From Candidatus Cloacimonadota bacterium (GTDB lineage Bacteria; Cloacimonadota; Cloacimonadia; JGIOTU-2), in NCBI GenBank assembly GCA_049903315.1, contig JBNGBT010000009.1, positions 1 to 64,000 on the forward strand: a DNA stretch of 64,000 bases, in the 5' to 3' direction. The position numbers and the translations under genes are program-made. Below the pieces are notes generated by a model, which worked only from the letters and a program-made list of their open reading frames with translations, was not told the DNA's origin and ran no database searches. Shown piece by piece: positions 58,936-64,000 of this stretch (positions within the stretch are counted from its first letter, which is position 1; each line of letters starts with the position of its first letter).

Positions 58936-59163
58936 AATTCCCCTGCCAGAACCTAACGAAGCAGGAGTTTCTACACAACACAGTCTCCCCCTGCTTGTCA
59001 TTTATTGAGATATACTCCCTTCGAAGGTAGTGGGGTTGCTTCGGAAGTTAAATCTTAAAAAGGTGAATCTTACTGATGATGACTCGATAAAAATAACCCA
59101 TAAAAATTTGACAAGCAAAAACACGTGTTCCTCTTTATCAAAAAAACACATATTAATAAAATT

Positions 59164-59430
59164 ATGAAATACGATATTGACCAAACGTGCAAAATATTAA
59201 AAGCACTCTCTCATCCGGACAGGCTGAAGATCGTGATCGGGTTATATCACGATGAATGTAATGTATCTGCCTGCCAGAAAAAGATGAATCTTCCGCAATC
59301 AACCATTTCCCAGCACCTGAGAACGATCCGTGAAGCAGGAATTTGTATCAGCATGCGCAAGGGAAATCAGGTTTGCTATAAAGTGATTGATAAGTTTGCG
59401 ATTGAACTTATCAAAGTCATGGAAGGATAA
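59164..59430 (+). CDS. ArsR/SmtB family transcriptional regulator
   Basis: LKALSHPDRLKI, PQSTISQHLRTIREAG. Confidence 0.9.
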   Translation: MKYDIDQTCKILKALSHPDRLKIVIGLYHDECNVSACQKKMNLPQSTISQHLRTIREAGICISMRKGNQVCYKVIDKFAIELIKVMEG

Positions 59431-59446
59431 ATTTTTTTACTTATGT

Positions 59447-59466
59447 ATATCCAATTATTCGAATAT
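59447..59466. promoter_or_regulatory. Candidate ArsR operator
   Basis: atatccaattattcgaatat, imperfect palindrome (14/20) between arsR and nfnA. Confidence 0.4.
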
Positions 59467-59495
59467 AACAATAAACAGATAGTAAGGAGAATTAC

Positions 59496-60338
59496 ATGAA
59501 ACACACCATTACACGTAAGGAAGACCTCAATGCTGCCGATTATGTCATTGATGTCGTTGCACCCCGAGTGGCAAAGAAGTTCCGGCCCGGTAATTTCGCG
59601 GTGCTGATCACAGTACCAAATGGTGAAAGGATACCGATGTCCATCGAGAGGGCTGAAGGAGATAAGATCACCATGTATATCAAGCGGCTTGGAAAAACGT
59701 CCCGCGAACTGGACACATGGAACGTGGGTGATGCGCTTTACAAGGTTATTGGACCCATGGGAACACCTCCTCCGCTTAAGAAATACGGTACTGTCGTTTT
59801 TGCGTCAGACCTTGTATGCGGACACGCAGAAAATAATGCGATGTGCCGGGAGCTTTCAAAAATTATGGGCAACCACATTATTTCCATCCAAAGCTTTCCT
59901 GATAAATCACAAATTTATCCGGAACACGAGCTCGCAAAATCTGTGGCTGATGAATTCATTTTATGCACAGAAGATGGTTCTGTTGGAAGAAAAGGACACT
60001 ATCTTGATATCATGCAGGAACTACTCGAAGAGAGAAAGATCGATCAGGTCTTTGCAGGCGGAGGAATTCCCCCCTTGCAAAAACTTTCCATTCTTACAAA
60101 AAAATATAATGTGCCGGTTTATACAACCGTCCGCCAGATCATGGTCGATGCAACCGGTATGTGTGGCTCCTGCCGCGTGTTCATAGATGGGGAACAGAAA
60201 CTCGCCTGTATCGACGGACCTATGTTTGATGGGCATAAAGTTGACTGGGAAGCCGCAATAAGCCGATTGGCTATGTTCAAGGGAAAAGAAGCAGTGGCGA
60301 TGGAATGCTATAACGAAAAAATGAAGGCGGTGGTATAA
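59496..60338 (+). CDS. nfnA: NfnA/SudB-like small subunit (FAD, [2Fe-2S])
   Basis: GERIP, MVDATGMCGSCRV...ACIDGP. Confidence 0.8.
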   Translation: MKHTITRKEDLNAADYVIDVVAPRVAKKFRPGNFAVLITVPNGERIPMSIERAEGDKITMYIKRLGKTSRELDTWNVGDALYKVIGPMGTPPPLKKYGTVVFASDLVCGHAENNAMCRELSKIMGNHIISIQSFPDKSQIYPEHELAKSVADEFILCTEDGSVGRKGHYLDIMQELLEERKIDQVFAGGGIPPLQKLSILTKKYNVPVYTTVRQIMVDATGMCGSCRVFIDGEQKLACIDGPMFDGHKVDWEAAISRLAMFKGKEAVAMECYNEKMKAVV

Positions 60339-61717
60339 TGGCTATTCAAAAAAGAATTCCTATGCGCGAGCAGGATCCCAAAACCAGGATCACAAACTTC
60401 CTTTCGGTTCCTCTTGGCTATTCCGCAGAGGAAGCAGTTGAAGAGGCAAAAAGATGCCTACAATGCAAAGTGCCTTTGTGCGAAACAGGATGTCCTGTGC
60501 GCATGAGCGTAAAAGATATCATAAAATTAATCGTTGATGAAGATTTCGAAGAAGCGTTTTTCCTTTCAAAGCAGGACAATGCTGTCCCCGCAATGACCGG
60601 TAGGGTATGCCCACAAGAAGACCAATGTGAAGGGAAGTGCGTGTTAGACAAAACAGGTCAACCGATCAATATTGGAAAATTATTTGCCTTTGTCGCTGAC
60701 TGGGCGCGTGAAAATAATCTCCTGGAAGATACAGTACCAAAAGAGAACGGCAAAAAGGTCGCAATTGTGGGTTCGGGTCCAGCCAGTATTACCTGCGCGG
60801 TCGATCTCCGCAAACTTGGTTATCAGGTCACAATATTTGAAGCGCTGCACATGGCTGGCGGCGTTCTCCAATACGGAATTCCTGCATTCAGGTTACCCCG
60901 CGATGTCGTTGATTATGAACTGTCCTATCTTGAAAAAATCGGCGTAGACATCCAGCTCAATCAAGTAGTTGGTCAGAATGTGGACTTCGAAGAACTCAAA
61001 AAGGAATATGATGCGATCTACCTCGCAACAGGAGCGGGCGCGCCAAGATTCCTCAACTGTGAAGGGGAAAAACTGAAGGGCGTGTATTCTGCAAATGAAT
61101 TCCTGATCAGGGTAAATTTGATGAATGCATATCAATTCCCAGACTGGGATACTCCGATAATTTGCGGCAATAAAGTCGGTGTGATCGGATGCGGAAATGT
61201 CGCAATGGATTCAGCTCGCTGCGCAAAACGCCTCGGTGCAAAAGAAGTGTATATACTTTATAGGCGCACAAAACAGTGTGCTCCGGCACGTGCCGAAGAA
61301 ATCAACCATGCAGAAGAAGAAGGGATTATTTTCAAAGAAATGATCTCCCCGTGCCGTATCTTCGGTGATGAGGACGGCTGGGTAACAGGCATTGAAATGA
61401 TAAAGACCGAATTCAAGGGTACCGACAAAAGCGGTCGCCCAAGACCGGTAAACATCGAAGGCTCCGAGTTCATCATGGAAGTGGACACCATCATAAATGC
61501 TCTTGGTACAACCCCGAATAGACTCTTTCTGAGTAATGTCCCCGAGTTGGACACCCACTCATGGGGCGGGATCAAGGTCGATGATAATTTCATGACGAAT
61601 ATTCCCGGTGTGTTTGCAGGTGGAGATGCACTTTCCGGTGGATCAACAGTTATCGATGCAATGGGAAATGGAAGGGACGCAGCTGAACGTATTAATAGAT
61701 TTTTAAAAAATCACTAA
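60338..61717 (+). CDS. nfnB: NfnB/SudA (GltD-like) large subunit
   Basis: RCLQC...C..GCP, GRVCPQEDQCE..C, GSGPA, YGIPAFRLP, GCGNVAMD, YRR, FAGGD. Confidence 0.85.
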   Translation: MAIQKRIPMREQDPKTRITNFLSVPLGYSAEEAVEEAKRCLQCKVPLCETGCPVRMSVKDIIKLIVDEDFEEAFFLSKQDNAVPAMTGRVCPQEDQCEGKCVLDKTGQPINIGKLFAFVADWARENNLLEDTVPKENGKKVAIVGSGPASITCAVDLRKLGYQVTIFEALHMAGGVLQYGIPAFRLPRDVVDYELSYLEKIGVDIQLNQVVGQNVDFEELKKEYDAIYLATGAGAPRFLNCEGEKLKGVYSANEFLIRVNLMNAYQFPDWDTPIICGNKVGVIGCGNVAMDSARCAKRLGAKEVYILYRRTKQCAPARAEEINHAEEEGIIFKEMISPCRIFGDEDGWVTGIEMIKTEFKGTDKSGRPRPVNIEGSEFIMEVDTIINALGTTPNRLFLSNVPELDTHSWGGIKVDDNFMTNIPGVFAGGDALSGGSTVIDAMGNGRDAAERINRFLKNH

Positions 61718-61739
61718 AATTAATATAAAGGAAGTCCTT

Positions 61740-62117
61740 ATGCAAAAAATATTAAAAGCAATGGATATTATGGAAAAAAATGTAATAACTATTGGGCCTG
61801 AGGTAACTTTAGATAAAGCAATTCAAAGATTACTAGAAAACAAAATTAGCGGTATGCCTGTTGTCGACGACAATGGAAAGATATTAGGTGTTATTTCCGA
61901 AAAGGATATTCTGAATTTTGTGTTCTGTGGCTATCTCCATAATACAAAAGTTAGTGAGGTTATGACAGAAAATTTTGTTCATTTTGCCCCGGAGACAAGA
62001 ATAGAAAAAATTGCTGTTGCAATTTCTAAATATCAGTTTCGTAGAGTGCCAATAGTTAAGGACGGCACAGTAGTAGGAATTGTTTCGCGAAGAGATATTA
62101 TTCGTCACGTACTTTAG
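61740..62117 (+). CDS. CBS-domain pair protein
   Basis: ISGMPVVD...GVISEKD; RRVPIV...GIVSRRD. Confidence 0.9.
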   Translation: MQKILKAMDIMEKNVITIGPEVTLDKAIQRLLENKISGMPVVDDNGKILGVISEKDILNFVFCGYLHNTKVSEVMTENFVHFAPETRIEKIAVAISKYQFRRVPIVKDGTVVGIVSRRDIIRHVL

Positions 62118-62166
62118 ACTACATAAATATCTGAACTCATAAATTCTCTCTCGCTCAAGCATAAAG

Positions 62167-62197
62167 AACCGCCTGCAATTTTTCGGGCGGTTTTTTT
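62167..62197 (+). terminator. Intrinsic terminator of the arsR-nfnAB-CBS unit
   Basis: aaccgcctg-N8-cgggcggtt plus T run. Confidence 0.85.
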
Positions 62198-62344
62198 ATC
62201 TCAAAAATCCACACTTACAACGACATCCTGTTAACAATATGTCCTGCCGATACGGATGATACGCATTTTATTGACATAAATCACATATCAAAATTTGTTA
62301 AAATATATACAATAAGGAAAAATAATTTACATAAAGGAAGTTAT

Positions 62345-63862
62345 ATGAAAAAGACAATCGTTGTATTTTTTTCACTTGCAACCATGCTCATCCTTGTATG
62401 CAATTCTCTTCATGCAATAGAATTATTAAAAGGCAAAACCCTGTACATGCAGGCACAATCCAGTGAAAAGAATGCAGATTACCTCAAAGCTCAAAACCTT
62501 TACAGGCAAGCGCGTAAAGAGCTTCTTAAGGAAAATGATATCGCTCTTGCAGATCTGTGCCGCCAGGGATTCACGCGGATGATGAAAATAACTCTTACCT
62601 ATACTCATACTGCAGAGGATGTCCGAAAGATCATCAAAGAAAAATACCCGGAAACAACTGACCGGCGCATAGACGAAGTGCTCAAAGACGGTCGTCTTGC
62701 TCATCTTAAAATTGGTGGGGAAACCTATTATTTTGACCAATTTTTGAATACACTCTATCATATCTATCCTGATTTTATGACAGAAGAAGCAAAGGGTGCC
62801 TTGGGAAAGATGGGAACGATCTTCGAGATCATGTCTCCCTACATTTATGAACATAAATATCTTCCTTCATGGCAGACAATCTCGAGTCCAATTACATTTG
62901 AGTTCGACGCGCATCTTTCTATCCCAAGAGATTCATTCCCTGATGAAGGAATGTTGCGTGCCTGGATGCCGCTCCCGCTTTCAAATTCGTCCCAGACAGA
63001 TATTGTGATAGAGTCGGTCTGTTCCGAAGAGTACATTCCATATCCCGCTCAGCTTGATGGAGATATCGGGTATGTGTATTATGAATTCCCGCTTGAGCAA
63101 GTACAGGACAGTATAAGGATCGGTGCAAAATTTTCATACACTGCGTATGAGGTCCGGTTCGACGTAGACCCCGGGAAGGTTGGCGAGTATGATAAGAACT
63201 CCCCACTCTATAAACGCTATACTGCTTCAGACAAAAACATTGCCATCACACCGGAAATCCGAGAGACTGCGCTGAGAATAGCAGGAGATGAAACCAATCC
63301 TTATTTGATCGCGAAGAAATTCTATGATCATATTGTGTACGATCTGGATTACAGCTATATGCCGCATGTTGCCCTGGAAGCACTGAAAATTCCAGAATCT
63401 GTCTATGTGCACGAACATGGTTACGGTGATTGCGGCGCACAAAGCATGTACTTTTCTGCACTTTGTCGTTCGGTTGGTATTCCTGCACGTGCGTCGGGCG
63501 GGATGCAGCTTTTTCCGCTGAGTGCAGCACATTGCGGCGACCACTTCTGGGCGCATATGTACATCCCGAATTACGGATGGATACCAGTTGACACTTCGGT
63601 TGGTCAGGCAGCCAAATATATTATTACCATTTCTAAAGAACAGCAAACAGACTTTATCGAATACTTCTTTAGCAAGATCGATCCGTTCCGCTACCTTATT
63701 CAAGTGGATGTTGATGTCCCTCTGGAACCTGCTCCTGAAGAACCTTTATTATTCGGAATGGTGCTCCAGGCGCCCACAGCAGAATGCATGGAAATGGATG
63801 AAAACCCCGGATTGCTGTTTATGGAAAACTGGAAAATACGCAGTAAGGAAATATCCAAATAA
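62345..63862 (+). CDS. Exported transglutaminase-like protein
   Basis: Signal peptide; GDCGAQS...LCRSVGIPAR, HFWA, GWIPVD. Confidence 0.88.
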   Translation: MKKTIVVFFSLATMLILVCNSLHAIELLKGKTLYMQAQSSEKNADYLKAQNLYRQARKELLKENDIALADLCRQGFTRMMKITLTYTHTAEDVRKIIKEKYPETTDRRIDEVLKDGRLAHLKIGGETYYFDQFLNTLYHIYPDFMTEEAKGALGKMGTIFEIMSPYIYEHKYLPSWQTISSPITFEFDAHLSIPRDSFPDEGMLRAWMPLPLSNSSQTDIVIESVCSEEYIPYPAQLDGDIGYVYYEFPLEQVQDSIRIGAKFSYTAYEVRFDVDPGKVGEYDKNSPLYKRYTASDKNIAITPEIRETALRIAGDETNPYLIAKKFYDHIVYDLDYSYMPHVALEALKIPESVYVHEHGYGDCGAQSMYFSALCRSVGIPARASGGMQLFPLSAAHCGDHFWAHMYIPNYGWIPVDTSVGQAAKYIITISKEQQTDFIEYFFSKIDPFRYLIQVDVDVPLEPAPEEPLLFGMVLQAPTAECMEMDENPGLLFMENWKIRSKEISK

Positions 63863-63892
63863 TATAATCGTACTTTTGTCGAGGAAAGGAGA

Positions 63893-64000
63893 ATGATGAA
63901 AATTGTAACAGTACTTTTGATGATAATCGTGTTGTTCTGTTCCGTTATATACGGACATGCACAGAAGGATAAGATCCCATCACATTATTTGATTGTCATG
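63893..64000 (+). CDS. 5' end of an exported protein (partial)
   Basis: aggag RBS; MMKIVTVLLMIIVLFCSVIYGHAQ signal peptide; open to window end. Confidence 0.65.
   Translation, partial: MMKIVTVLLMIIVLFCSVIYGHAQKDKIPSHYLIVM

Noticed and set aside
59022..59090. Loose resemblance to a fluoride riboswitch (ggtagtggggtt...gatgactc)
   Set aside because: Stem mostly G:U, terminal CUAC absent, no fluoride-related gene downstream
1..64000. CRISPR array, rRNA, tRNA, integrase/transposase, selenoprotein read-through
   Set aside because: No regularly spaced repeats, RNA-gene hallmarks, recombinase motifs or in-frame TGA at catalytic Cys positions found by eye; an Infernal/tRNAscan run would be needed to exclude them fully

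Overview
Bacterial chromosomal window. The recurring C-terminal 'YNIKGQ...WDGxD...GxYF' sorting domains and the gene content suggest an anaerobic FCB-group organism, probably Cloacimonadota (inference, not tested). Housekeeping blocks: leuS-rsmA-sppA; a long + strand run wza-like, wzc, ispE, prs, rplY, pth, rpsF, ssb, rpsR, DUF2232, rplI, a membrane protein, dciA-like, rpe, ffh; a - strand envelope/lipid run (Wzi-like, MsbA-like, divergent PlsY, YghO/bCerS-like GNAT, BatA-VWA, DUF58); rsmI-cca-DUF711-...-ROK; and arsR-nfnAB-CBS. AT-rich accessory inserts interrupt these: a TPR + solo TIR-like pair, a 1056-aa HEAT lipoprotein bracketed by integron-cassette-like core sites, and an orphan ORF. 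A YefM-YoeB module precedes a long stretch of secreted/lipoprotein hydrolases. No rRNA, tRNA, CRISPR, integrase or transposase was seen. Best candidates for something new: (1) a putative ceramide-synthase-like GNAT abutting a motif-altered PlsY, downstream of an MsbA-like flippase and an outer-membrane protein; (2) an ArsR-linked NfnAB pair with non-canonical substitutions in both subunits; (3) a solo cassette-like HEAT gene; (4) an M1 pseudo-peptidase; (5) about 14 TTGAC promoter boxes, almost all lacking a canonical -10. All family assignments are by motif recognition, without database searches.
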